Of a DNA stretch of 32,944 nt, positions 1 through 8,741 are shown one piece after another. The notes beneath the pieces were generated by a model. It did no database searches. It had not been told where the DNA came from and saw only the letters and a program-made list of their open reading frames with translations. Made by a program: the position numbers and the translations under genes. The stretch lies in IMG/VR virus record IMGVR_UViG_3300046779_000460, positions 1-32,944 of that record. The stretch is one strand, 5' to 3'. The DNA comes from a virus (lineage: Duplodnaviria; Caudoviricetes). Within the stretch, counting starts at the first letter, position 1. Every line of letters starts with the position of its first letter.

Positions 1-102
1 ATAAGCAGAAGCACTAGACCGAAAGCGTAGGGAGTTGGTTAGGTTATAACCGCCACCTTGACCAGATGCACCAGCAAGGATATTAGAACCGATAACTGAC
101 AT
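1..102 (-). CDS. N-terminus of a probable tail fibre/LamG-type virion protein (runs off the window)
   Basis: Manual translation MSVIGSNILAGASGQGGGYNLTNSLRFRSSASAY; ATG just after the stop of 111..821; the SLRF motif is typical of the start of phage LamG-like proteins. Confidence 0.6.
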   Translation of the reverse strand, partial: MSVIGSNILAGASGQGGGYNLTNSLRFRSSASAY

Positions 103-110
103 TATTAGCC

Positions 111-821
111 TTAACTATAGTTAGCTGTAAATACACAATGGATAGAGCCTGTAGTACGAACTACATAGTCTATTCTATCGACTGCGGATGCAGTAGTAGA
201 AAGTGTTGGTGCTGTGCCACCAGCAAAGTCATAGTAAGAACCATAAGCTAGAGTCCTAGAACCTGTGCCATCTTGCGTAATAAAGAAAGAACCTGATTGA
301 CCCGCAGTTAAGTTGCTAGGATTTGCTAGTGTTCTGTTACCACCAAGTGTAACGGAGAAGTTATTAGCGACTGCAAAGTCTGGAGTAATTGTAGCACCAT
401 CAGTCAATGCAGAGATAGCACCACGCTGTGCGGCAGAGAAAGACTGTGCTGTGTCTGTTCTAGCTACTAAAGAGCCTACTGTTAAAGTTGGATTACCAGA
501 AACACCGTCACCATTCGTTACTGTGATGACATTAGTTGTTCCAGTAATTGTACGAGATGATGCTGTTCCAGCACCAGTTCTAGCAATAATTCCATTTGTT
601 GATAATCCTGCTACAGCTCCTAAGTCAGCATCATATGCCTGTACGGATACACCGATGTCACTAGACCGTAAACCAGTTAACTCAACAACCGTACCGCCGG
701 AGTCTTTTGTATAAAGTTTCTTATCGGTGACATTGACTGCCAGTTCACCTTGTGTTAGCGAACCAGCAGATGGTACTGCCGAAGCAGTAGAGCTGTTCTT
801 AGTTACGATTGTGGTTGGCAT
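111..821 (-). CDS. Tail fibre protein
   Basis: 236 aa, rich in T/G/S/A; N-terminal GELAVNVTDKKLY motif typical of fibre N-terminal domains; beta-rich C-terminal module; located among fibre genes. Confidence 0.75.
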   Translation of the reverse strand: MPTTIVTKNSSTASAVPSAGSLTQGELAVNVTDKKLYTKDSGGTVVELTGLRSSDIGVSVQAYDADLGAVAGLSTNGIIARTGAGTASSRTITGTTNVITVTNGDGVSGNPTLTVGSLVARTDTAQSFSAAQRGAISALTDGATITPDFAVANNFSVTLGGNRTLANPSNLTAGQSGSFFITQDGTGSRTLAYGSYYDFAGGTAPTLSTTASAVDRIDYVVRTTGSIHCVFTANYS

Positions 822-1711
822 TAATATGTTCCTCCGTCAAGTGTTCCTGTGATTTTGCTACCCGCTAAAGATGTTATCCACGACGGATTAGCATATGAAC
901 CGCCTAGCGCAACATAAGTGCTGGCAGCGGTAGATGAAGTTAAATAACTCGATAAATCTAATGTACTCCATTGAGTAGCATAATTGGTATTTGATGATTT
1001 TACTAAATACTGTCCGGTAGTACCGCCTGAAGGAACACCAACACCATCAGCACCAGCAGGACCAGTTGCTCCAGTCGGTCCTGTAGCACCTTGCGGTCCA
1101 GTTGCTCCTGTAGCGCCTTGCGGACCTGTATCACCAGTATCGCCTTTAAGACCTTGTGGACCAGTCGCTCCTGTAGCGCCAGTGGCTCCTGTAGCGCCTT
1201 GAGCGCCTGTTGCTCCAGTCGGTCCTGTTGCTCCTTGAGGTCCAGTAGCGCCAGTTGCGCCGGTCGCTCCAGTTGCGCCTGTTGCGCCTGTAGCACCAGT
1301 AGGAATACCTAGACTAACAATTAAATCATTTGAATCGTAACTGACTGTTGCGGAAGAACCAGCAGCTAAAGTCGTTGCTTGAAATACTACATTGTCAGCA
1401 AAGTTTAAGGTTGCGTCTCTTGCTGCTTCTGCGTTGGTTTCTGCTGTTTCGGCATTAGTTTCTGCCACCAAAGCAGCATCTCTTGCTGACTCAGCAGAGT
1501 TCTTTGCATTAGTTGCTGTAGTAGCAGAACTTGATGCTGAAGACGCTGAACCACTTGCTGCAGAGGCTGAACTCGATGCAGAGGTTGCACTGTTTTGTGC
1601 TTGGTTTTTGAAGTTCTCGGCTTGTTGGGCATATTGTTGTGCTACGACGGCTTGGTTATTTGCATCGTTAGTAGCATCACCTGCTCCGCCGGGTCCACGA
1701 TAGATTGACAA
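821..1711 (-). CDS. Collagen-like tail fibre protein
   Basis: TTG start with AAGGAG RBS; Ala/Ser coiled-coil region, 28 consecutive Gly-X-Y triplets, C-terminal DGGTY. Confidence 0.85.
   Translation of the reverse strand: MSIYRGPGGAGDATNDANNQAVVAQQYAQQAENFKNQAQNSATSASSSASAASGSASSASSSATTATNAKNSAESARDAALVAETNAETAETNAEAARDATLNFADNVVFQATTLAAGSSATVSYDSNDLIVSLGIPTGATGATGATGATGATGATGPQGATGPTGATGAQGATGATGATGATGPQGLKGDTGDTGPQGATGATGPQGATGPTGATGPAGADGVGVPSGGTTGQYLVKSSNTNYATQWSTLDLSSYLTSSTAASTYVALGGSYANPSWITSLAGSKITGTLDGGTY
1046..1297 (-). repeat. Collagen Gly-X-Y coding repeat (28 triplets, mostly Gly-Ala-Thr)
   Basis: Counted directly in the translation. Confidence 0.95.
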
Positions 1712-1755
1712 GGCTTATCTCCTTATTTGTTTAAATACACTCGTTGAATGCACTT

Positions 1756-1784
1756 AAACAAACTCCCTAGCCGAAGCTAAGGAG
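1756..1784 (-). terminator. Intrinsic terminator after the major capsid gene
   Basis: CTCCTTAGC-TTCG-GCTAGGGAG 9 bp stem with cUUCGg loop, followed by TTTGTTT. Confidence 0.85.
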
Positions 1785-1799
1785 CTTGAGTAGCCTATA

Positions 1800-2756
1800 T
1801 TAGGCGTTTACTGCGAGTACAAAGCCAGCTTCTGGGCGAACTACTTTAGTACCGAAGAGGGTATCAGCGGTATAAAGAGTCGACAAGTATTCTTGCTTGT
1901 ACTGAGTCTGTGAACGAACACCGAGTTGCTCTGCAAATACCAATGTATCGGTATGGAACAAGAGAGCAGCTTTGATGGCATCGCCAACAGAGTTGTCGCC
2001 AGCGGTTTCAATGATAGGCATATTGCTTGATACATAAACATCAATACCATATAGCTTACCGATTTGACCGTTGTTTACACCACGACCATCAACGAAGTCA
2101 GAGCTATTGTAACGGTCAATGCCCATGATTGCGTTGCGGAGTGATGGAGGAATAGCAAACTTACGACCATCCATTGGAACATCAGCGTCGTCCATCAACT
2201 GGATGAGCTTACGGAAACCAGCATCGGTGAATACATCAGATGTGGTAACAGTGTCTAATGCGTAGGCGGTTAAGCCAGTGGAAGCATCGATAAAGTATGC
2301 GTTGCTATGAACCCAGTCAGAAGCGTCACCGTCGCCGAAGGACTTGCCACCAGCGATGAGGGTGTCATCAACTTTCTTAGCCAAAGCGTAACCAGCATCT
2401 TCAGTGTAGAACGAACGCAAAGAAGACAATGCTTGAGTTTCGACGATGTCTTCGATGAAACGGCTATACTCAAAGTGTTGGTCGATGAGAACTTGTACTT
2501 CGCTCTCCACATTCGCCTGAATGGTAACTGCAGTGTTAGCTGCTTTAGCTGCTGCTACGCCACGAGTTGGCTTAGGAATATGCAGTGTGTCGCCTTTTTT
2601 GCCTTTAAAAGACATTTTACGGACGAGGTTTGCAAGAACTAAGTTTGCCTTGTACGCAGCGATAACTTCATCAGACCAAATTTCTGGTATGAACTTATCT
2701 GCGTTTGTTTTGTTGACGATAGAACTACTACCGCCGGGGTATGTTACTGCTGCCAT
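1800..2756 (-). CDS. Major capsid protein (HK97 fold)
   Basis: 318 aa; FIPEIWSDEV and GDTLHIPK motifs typical of podovirus coat proteins; follows the scaffold gene and precedes a terminator. Confidence 0.92.
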   Translation of the reverse strand: MAAVTYPGGSSSIVNKTNADKFIPEIWSDEVIAAYKANLVLANLVRKMSFKGKKGDTLHIPKPTRGVAAAKAANTAVTIQANVESEVQVLIDQHFEYSRFIEDIVETQALSSLRSFYTEDAGYALAKKVDDTLIAGGKSFGDGDASDWVHSNAYFIDASTGLTAYALDTVTTSDVFTDAGFRKLIQLMDDADVPMDGRKFAIPPSLRNAIMGIDRYNSSDFVDGRGVNNGQIGKLYGIDVYVSSNMPIIETAGDNSVGDAIKAALLFHTDTLVFAEQLGVRSQTQYKQEYLSTLYTADTLFGTKVVRPEAGFVLAVNA

Positions 2757-2790
2757 GATTAATTTCCTTTATGAATTATTAAGTCTAAAA

Positions 2791-3612
2791 TTACTTAACT
2801 CTCCCCTCAGCGTATGCGGCTAGGATTTCATCCTGTAAATCTGCATAACGATTAGGGTCGGTCAGTTTCAATTTAATTAGGTCTGCTCGACGATATACTT
2901 TCCTGCTCGTCTCTCCAGCACCACCAACATCAACAGAGGCAGCCTTCATTGCTTGTTCTTGAGCTTTGCTTTCTACTGCTGCAGTTTGAGTCGTTTGCGT
3001 TTGCTGTTTAATTTGCTTTAGTTCTTTGTAAGTACTAAGCAACTCATCGGCGGCATCAAAGTCAAACTCTGCATCAGCTTTAGCAAACAAGTTCAGTCGA
3101 ATCTTAGAAGATTTAACCCAATCTTGGAATCCAGTATCTTGTGCGATAGTGGTAAAATCAGGATGTTTAGCCGACAGTTGTTGTGCCGTCTTCATCTTCT
3201 TCATTTCTAATGCTGCTTGTCTAGCTTCAATTACAGCAGGGTGCTTCTCTACTTGTCTGTTGACAGCCTGTTTAGGGTCTACAAAAAAGTCTTCTTCAAG
3301 CGATTCTTCAATAGGCGCTGTTTCTTTTGTTCGAGCTTCGAGTTGTTGTTTTAAAAGCTGGTCTGCAAGACTTCGTACCTCATGAACCTCGTTTGCTTGA
3401 CGACCAATGAGCTTCTCAGCCTCTTGATGCATCTTTGCAATTTCTATTGCGGACTTACCTCTGTACTTCTCTGGTAAATCTTCTACTGGTTCTTGTGGTT
3501 TAGCTTCAGGTTGTGCGTCTGTTGTTGACGCTTCTGGAGTTGTAACATCTTGTACTACTTCTGTTTCATTGCTTTCAAACAGTTCGTCTTCTTGAATAAA
3601 TGTTGCTGCCAT
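2791..3612 (-). CDS. Capsid scaffolding protein
   Basis: Acidic helical 273 aa protein with PEKYRGKS motif and C-terminal AYAEGRVK; directly upstream of the capsid gene; AGGAG RBS. Confidence 0.82.
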   Translation of the reverse strand: MAATFIQEDELFESNETEVVQDVTTPEASTTDAQPEAKPQEPVEDLPEKYRGKSAIEIAKMHQEAEKLIGRQANEVHEVRSLADQLLKQQLEARTKETAPIEESLEEDFFVDPKQAVNRQVEKHPAVIEARQAALEMKKMKTAQQLSAKHPDFTTIAQDTGFQDWVKSSKIRLNLFAKADAEFDFDAADELLSTYKELKQIKQQTQTTQTAAVESKAQEQAMKAASVDVGGAGETSRKVYRRADLIKLKLTDPNRYADLQDEILAAYAEGRVK

Positions 3613-3686
3613 TTAAAGTCTCCTGTCACCGAATCAAGTGATTTTAGGATTAATAATCTGAGGCTCTATTTCCCAATAAAGGTATC

Positions 3687-3917
3687 TCAGGCGTTTTGCT
3701 TTGCTTCTTGCTTCTGTTTGTCTTCGTGCCTTTTCGCCCATCTATCATAGGCGGAGACGAAGACTGGGTCAGTGCCATCCAAACTAATTCTTATAGGAGA
3801 AATAATTCGGTTAGCAACTAAACCACATTCACAAAGAATCGTTGTTGTTTCATCTCCAACAAAACTCTCTGTGATATGTTCCTCTGAGCATTTAAAGTCG
3901 TATAACTTCCTACTCAT
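3687..3917 (-). CDS. Small FmdB-like zinc-ribbon protein
   Basis: Start moved to MSRKLYDFKC (GGAG RBS upstream); YDFKC..H and CEC metal ligands; 76 aa. Confidence 0.7.
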   Translation of the reverse strand: MSRKLYDFKCSEEHITESFVGDETTTILCECGLVANRIISPIRISLDGTDPVFVSAYDRWAKRHEDKQKQEAKQNA

Positions 3918-4161
3918 TCGCCGTGTCTCCCGACAAGAGCTGTTCGTAGGACTGCTCGGATACATCTTTAAGACTGAGAAGCCATTGGAGGATATCCAAC
4001 TGTCCTCGCTTCAGATGCAAATCTGCTTCAGTTTGGATTGGTAAGACATTGTTTAAGGAAGTGAACATTGTCTGTGCATCTTCCATTAAATCTTGCCAAC
4101 CTTGAGTAGCCGTCATTGAAAAGCGGTTCTCGTAGTATTCTTGTAATTTTTTATCTATCAT
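3910..4161 (-). CDS. Hypothetical protein between portal and scaffold
   Basis: 83 aa helical ORF downstream of a sigma70 promoter, with AAGGA RBS. Confidence 0.75.
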   Translation of the reverse strand: MIDKKLQEYYENRFSMTATQGWQDLMEDAQTMFTSLNNVLPIQTEADLHLKRGQLDILQWLLSLKDVSEQSYEQLLSGDTANE

Positions 4162-4213
4162 TCTTTATCCTTGTGGAGAATGTTTGTAAGCACTTACTTA
4201 CATTTATAGCGGT

Positions 4214-4242
4214 ATTTTACCACAACTTCGGTAAAAAGTCAA
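4214..4242 (-). promoter_or_regulatory. Sigma70 promoter for the scaffold/capsid operon
   Basis: TTGACT-17 bp-TAAAAT with extended -10 TG. Confidence 0.8.
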
Positions 4243-4249
4243 GTGTTTT

Positions 4250-6250
4250 TTATTGTGTTCGTTGTTTTTGCATCTGTAGCTCTACAATCTTGCCTTTATT
4301 CTTAATATCGGCTTCTTTGAGCATCAATTCAGCAATCTTGGCTCTCTTTTCAAACTCAGATTCCTTGTTCTTACCATCAATATTGGTAGAAAGTGAGCTA
4401 ATTACCTTAGCACGAAGCTCTTCAGGCATCAATTGGGTCTCTACAACAGTCTTAGCCGCCTCTGCAGAGTCTCTTTGCGCCCTAGCCTGTAGCGACTGGG
4501 TGGTTGCTTGAGCCTGTTCCATCTGCAATTGCTGGGTCATCTGAGCCATTTGAGCCTGTTGTGGGTCTGGTTGACTCATTTGGGTCAATGCTTGCTCTAA
4601 TTCAGCCCTATTGGATAGGCTAGAGTTACCGATGATGCCTTTGAGGATGATTGGCAGTACTGGAGTATTAGGTCCTAATGTCTGTAACAAGCCAATGAGC
4701 TGTTGTTGTTCGTACTCACGAGCCATGATACCCAATGTAGCGGTAGGAATGAACTTCATATCTACCGATGGATAACGCTCAGGGTCAAACTGCATATAAC
4801 GAAAGGCTGCTTTCTTGATTAACGGAACCATAAAGTCTTCTTGGAAGTTCGTTAAGGTGCGTTTGTACTTCTTGATGATGCCAGCCATTGCCATAGACAT
4901 ACCAGCGCCGGAGGCATCACGAGAAGCCTGTGTAACAACGCCTTGGCTATCTAGGGTTCCAGTTGCCATGAGGAGCATACGCTCGAACTCTTTCGAGGTA
5001 GCGAAGTTCTCAGGGCTAGTCTGACCGAACTTAAATGGCATCATAATCTCAGCAGGATTGCCATTGGTTAAGAGTGCTTTACCGGGTTTGACTTCAAACT
5101 TAGAACCACGAGGTAAGCGAGTAGCGTCAATCGCAATCATTGGTGCAGTAGTCAGTGCCAAGCTGTCTAGGTGACTGCGTAGCTGTGCGTCGATAGCCTT
5201 TTGCATATTATAGGCTTTCTCTACTGTACCACGACCCCAGAAGCGATTAGGAACTGTATCGTCTTGGTAGGCGATAACAGGTCGGTCTTGCATCATGTAG
5301 GGGTTCTTCTCAGCCTTGAGGAGGAGTCCATCGTTAGCAATCACAACAATAGCCTCTACGAGGTCGCTATAACTATCAGCAGTGCTGTCTTCAGGGAAGA
5401 GGTCAACTACTTCTTCACCTTCGTTCTCAAGCTGTTCAATGTACTCTCGTGGTACTAAACCGTAGTAGGTTAAGAGTTTGACTTTGTCGTCTTGGTACTG
5501 GACTACCTCTTGAGTAACTTCTAAGTCATCGTCATTGCCAGCAGGTCCGATGTCTACCTTACGATAGATACCCTTCTCCATGCCTTCCACAACTTTGTGA
5601 ATAGACACAAACTTCTCAACAGCGCAGCCCATTGCATCCTCAATCGATGTGGCGTTGGGGTCAATGAGGAAGTTCTTAGGATTGACAGGAACAACCTTAA
5701 CGCAGAAGTATTCTTTCTCTTGTACGCCATAGGCTGCTTGGGTACTGCCCGGCATTGGCATCGTTGCAGGAATAAATTCTTTCTCTTGCTTAACGATAAT
5801 CTCACCGATACCAGTACCATAAATCTCTGCCATCAATTCTACTTGGTCAACAGCCTTACGAATCTTATGTCGCTCAAGGTCTTCTTTGAGTTGCACCTTG
5901 ATTGCTTCAACATCCATTGGATTGTTGTTGTAATCCCGTACATCGTCCTTGATGTCGAAGAACTCTCCGTTACCAAAGATTGCTTCCATGATTTCAGCAT
6001 GGCGGGTCTCTACTGCCTGTTGTGTCGCTGGTGAAATTAGACGACTACGCTCAGACTCTCGTGTCTTGTCTTCGTCTGCCCAGATTCCACGGAAGATTCT
6101 TTCGTACTCTTTCCAGTCTTCGAGGTAGTTCTCATCACGAGAATCTCTCCAGCGGTCACAATGTTGTATGACGAATGCGGTAAGTTCTTTATCCGCCTCA
6201 GATGGTTCTTCCCATTGAGTGCCTTCGTTCATGTCCATATTTTCAGCCAT
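4250..6250 (-). CDS. Portal protein
   Basis: 666 aa immediately after TerL; YGTGIG and FWGRG motifs; Gln-rich coiled-coil C-terminus. Confidence 0.9.
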   Translation of the reverse strand: MAENMDMNEGTQWEEPSEADKELTAFVIQHCDRWRDSRDENYLEDWKEYERIFRGIWADEDKTRESERSRLISPATQQAVETRHAEIMEAIFGNGEFFDIKDDVRDYNNNPMDVEAIKVQLKEDLERHKIRKAVDQVELMAEIYGTGIGEIIVKQEKEFIPATMPMPGSTQAAYGVQEKEYFCVKVVPVNPKNFLIDPNATSIEDAMGCAVEKFVSIHKVVEGMEKGIYRKVDIGPAGNDDDLEVTQEVVQYQDDKVKLLTYYGLVPREYIEQLENEGEEVVDLFPEDSTADSYSDLVEAIVVIANDGLLLKAEKNPYMMQDRPVIAYQDDTVPNRFWGRGTVEKAYNMQKAIDAQLRSHLDSLALTTAPMIAIDATRLPRGSKFEVKPGKALLTNGNPAEIMMPFKFGQTSPENFATSKEFERMLLMATGTLDSQGVVTQASRDASGAGMSMAMAGIIKKYKRTLTNFQEDFMVPLIKKAAFRYMQFDPERYPSVDMKFIPTATLGIMAREYEQQQLIGLLQTLGPNTPVLPIILKGIIGNSSLSNRAELEQALTQMSQPDPQQAQMAQMTQQLQMEQAQATTQSLQARAQRDSAEAAKTVVETQLMPEELRAKVISSLSTNIDGKNKESEFEKRAKIAELMLKEADIKNKGKIVELQMQKQRTQ

Positions 6251-6259
6251 AGTTTTCCT

Positions 6260-7519
6260 TTAGTATCCTGAAACCACATCTAATGCTTGCCAATCGTCTT
6301 CTTCGTTGTCAATACTGTAACTTGTTATCGCTAGTTGGTCGATATAGCTTAGAGCATCGGGTAAGTCGTCATGCACCTGTGGGGTAGGGAACATGAGCAA
6401 CTGGTCAACAAACTCTTCAAAGTCTTCATCGGCATTCAGTACCACTCGTCCATGCTCAAAGCGACCCTGTAATGCCCAAACAATCCTATCTACTTTTTTC
6501 TTGTTGCCATGCGTTAAATCTAAGATATGAGCGTAACAGTTGTTCTTTCGCATCAAATCACTGAGATAAGGCAATACTGCATTCTTTAGCGCCCCTCGCT
6601 CGATGCCAACTGCTAGAGGTTCATACTCTCTAATATTCTTTAAGATATTGAGTGCGGTAGTCTGAATATCCCAGCGACCAGCTTCAATCTTTTCTACAAA
6701 CCAAGTACCATCATCGGTGACTTTGACAATCGCTATAGCGGATTGGTCTAGTCTCTTCTTGGTAGCGTTAGCGCTTTTAGCGACATCCTCAAAGCCAGCT
6801 AAGTCTACTGCGATGTACCAAGACCCACTCTCAGGTTCTTCACCAAACTTAATCCACTCTTCTTTAAATAATCCTGCACCAGCATTATTGAAGGAAGACA
6901 GGTATTCTTGTCCGAATGCAAAGGAACTTAGTGTTCGCTTTGCAGCCTCAATCTCTTTCGGGTCAATCGTTTCATTGTCAGCGGTGGTAAAGTGCCACGA
7001 CTTCCAATCCTCATCTGTACCACTCTGTCCTAATTGAAACCACTCATAAAAGTGGTTACGACCAGAAGGAGTAGAGATAAACATGGCTCTACCTTTTTTA
7101 TCCGATAGAGCAGCACGAAGCACTCGTTCCCAAATCTCTGACTTGATAAAGGCAACTTCGTCCATTACCAAGTACGACAAAGACACACCACGCAATGAGT
7201 CTTGGTTGTCAGCGCCTCGAATGAGGATTTTTCTGCCGTTCACCAAACTAATCTCAAGGTTGTTGATGTGAGCAGATTTGATGACAGGCTTACCTAAGTC
7301 CATCAACAAGTCCCACATAATCGTTCTTGCTTGTCCGAGGGTTGGTGCAACATACATTACACTAGAACCTTCAGGACAGTTTAACCCTTCAATCAATAGG
7401 GTTACTGCAGACAACCTAGACTTTCCACAGCGACGACCAGCAGCAATCACTTTGAATCGAGTCTGGTCCTTAAATACAGTTTGTTGCCACTTGAGCAGTT
7501 TAAAGTCAAGATTCATCAA
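6260..7519 (-). CDS. terL: Terminase large subunit
   Basis: Walker A AGRRCGKS, Walker B LVMDE, coupling motif ISTPSG, nuclease motifs AVDLA and HDDLPDA. Confidence 0.96.
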   Translation of the reverse strand: MMNLDFKLLKWQQTVFKDQTRFKVIAAGRRCGKSRLSAVTLLIEGLNCPEGSSVMYVAPTLGQARTIMWDLLMDLGKPVIKSAHINNLEISLVNGRKILIRGADNQDSLRGVSLSYLVMDEVAFIKSEIWERVLRAALSDKKGRAMFISTPSGRNHFYEWFQLGQSGTDEDWKSWHFTTADNETIDPKEIEAAKRTLSSFAFGQEYLSSFNNAGAGLFKEEWIKFGEEPESGSWYIAVDLAGFEDVAKSANATKKRLDQSAIAIVKVTDDGTWFVEKIEAGRWDIQTTALNILKNIREYEPLAVGIERGALKNAVLPYLSDLMRKNNCYAHILDLTHGNKKKVDRIVWALQGRFEHGRVVLNADEDFEEFVDQLLMFPTPQVHDDLPDALSYIDQLAITSYSIDNEEDDWQALDVVSGY

Positions 7520-7988
7520 TGTCCTTAATTGTTACATCGGTGACATCGTTATCAATCACTTCTTCTGCTTCTATCGTTGGACTAGTCAGTCCACTAATGT
7601 TAATACTAATCTGCGGAGTACCACCACCGTTCTTACCTTCAAAGCCTGAGAGTGGTAACAATCGTTCTCCACAGAACTTTAGCATTGCTCCCTGTGCTGG
7701 GTGTCCATCTTGTAGCGCAGTCGTGATAATCTTCTCAATCACACTATCGCCATGCGTTGCCAACAGCCTTGCTCTAAACTCTGCAATTCTTGCTGCGTCG
7801 CCGGGCGGTCTGCCCACCACGCCGGGATTCTTCTTCTTGGCGAGAGCCTTGTTGGAGGGACGACCACGAACAGGTTTGCCATCGACTACTTTGCGTCTAA
7901 CCAACTTTGGTCGCTTCTTCTTTAAGACAGAACCATCGTCTAGTGACTGTGCATCTTCGGTAGATAATTGTTTTTCAACTTCTAACAT
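7506..7988 (-). CDS. Probable terminase small subunit
   Basis: Overlaps the TerL start; basic N-terminus with RGRP/GRPP motifs; C-terminal ISINISG strand. Confidence 0.65.
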   Translation of the reverse strand: MLEVEKQLSTEDAQSLDDGSVLKKKRPKLVRRKVVDGKPVRGRPSNKALAKKKNPGVVGRPPGDAARIAEFRARLLATHGDSVIEKIITTALQDGHPAQGAMLKFCGERLLPLSGFEGKNGGGTPQISINISGLTSPTIEAEEVIDNDVTDVTIKDIDES

Positions 7989-8212
7989 AACGCCTTTTTA
8001 TCCTTTAAGGAAAGACAAAGAAAAGAAAAAACTCAAAGCCCTATTAGTACTATAGTGCGCTGCCGTCAGGCTAAGCTGTTCGCTATCAGAGGGTTTCTTG
8101 GTAATTGTTTTTCACCAAGTGGTTTAGCGGTGGTTTAGTGCGCTATAATAAATCCGCTGCTTGCAGGGCTTATATGTTTCTTTATAGTGTGTGTCGTTTA
8201 ACTTGTAAGGCG

Positions 8213-8241
8213 ATTTTAGCACATTTTTGCTATTTTGTCAA
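8213..8241 (-). promoter_or_regulatory. Sigma70 promoter for the terminase/portal operon
   Basis: TTGACA-17 bp-TAAAAT with extended -10 TG and AT-rich upstream region. Confidence 0.85.
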
Positions 8242-8353
8242 GCATTATTTTCATAGTAGGGTTATTGTGTCGTCTGCGACTGAGCGGGTCTGCACTGGCG
8301 ATATAGGTCTCCGCTGGGGACAATTCCGACCTCCTACGGAGTGAGCATTTCCA

Positions 8354-8420
8354 TTGACTGTGTCCCTATTTTATTCTACCTTATTAATCAATGACATACA
8401 GCATTGTTGACTGTGTCCCT
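8354..8420. repeat. 14 bp direct repeat TTGACTGTGTCCCT, two copies
   Basis: Exact copies at 8354-8367 and 8407-8420. Confidence 0.9.
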
Positions 8421-8550
8421 TTTTTCTTAATTATCATAGTCCTATTTTACTCTTTTGTATGCTATGGAGGCTCCGCCAACATTACACAACATAGTCTACC
8501 CCACCCCCCCTATGTTAGTTAGCACTTACTTACATCTATATCGGTCTGTG

Positions 8551-8606
8551 CGAATATACGCATATACGAATATACGCATTGACGCATATACGCATTGACG
8601 CATATA
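8551..8606. repeat. Seven tandem 8-mers (CGAATATA/CGCATATA/CGCATTGA)
   Basis: Read directly in exact 8 bp phase. Confidence 0.92.
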
Positions 8607-8672
8607 TCATAGACCAATATAGAAAAACTATTGAGCCTGTGTTGGCAATAGAGAATATGTATGGGTCGATGA

Positions 8673-8731
8673 TGCACCTATTTAGTGCAACCTAATGCAC
8701 CAATCCAGTACACCTGCACCAGTATAGTGCA
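8673..8731. promoter_or_regulatory. Three tandem NtrC-like boxes (TGCAC-N7-GTGCA)
   Basis: TGCACCTATTTAGTGCA, TGCACCAATCCAGTACA, TGCACCAGTATAGTGCA; matches the known NtrC consensus TGCACC-N5-GGTGCA with 1-2 mismatches each. Confidence 0.6.
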
Positions 8732-8741
8732 GCATCATCCA

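Noticed and set aside
313-7649. Plus-strand ORFs opposite the virion genes (e.g. 313..714, 984..1202, 1392..1703, 4116..4511, 5597..6034)
   Set aside because: Antisense shadows of low-complexity or codon-biased real genes; no RBS or recognisable motifs.
7519-8055. 178 aa plus-strand ORF opposite the terminase small subunit
   Set aside because: In-register antisense shadow, with no RBS and no protein-like motifs.
8105-8344. 79 aa ORF in the intergenic region
   Set aside because: TTG start without RBS; crosses a strong minus-strand promoter.
8458-8480. GG-N10-GC as a sigma54 promoter for the NtrC-like boxes
   Set aside because: Poor match to TGGCAC-N5-TTGC beyond the two dinucleotides.
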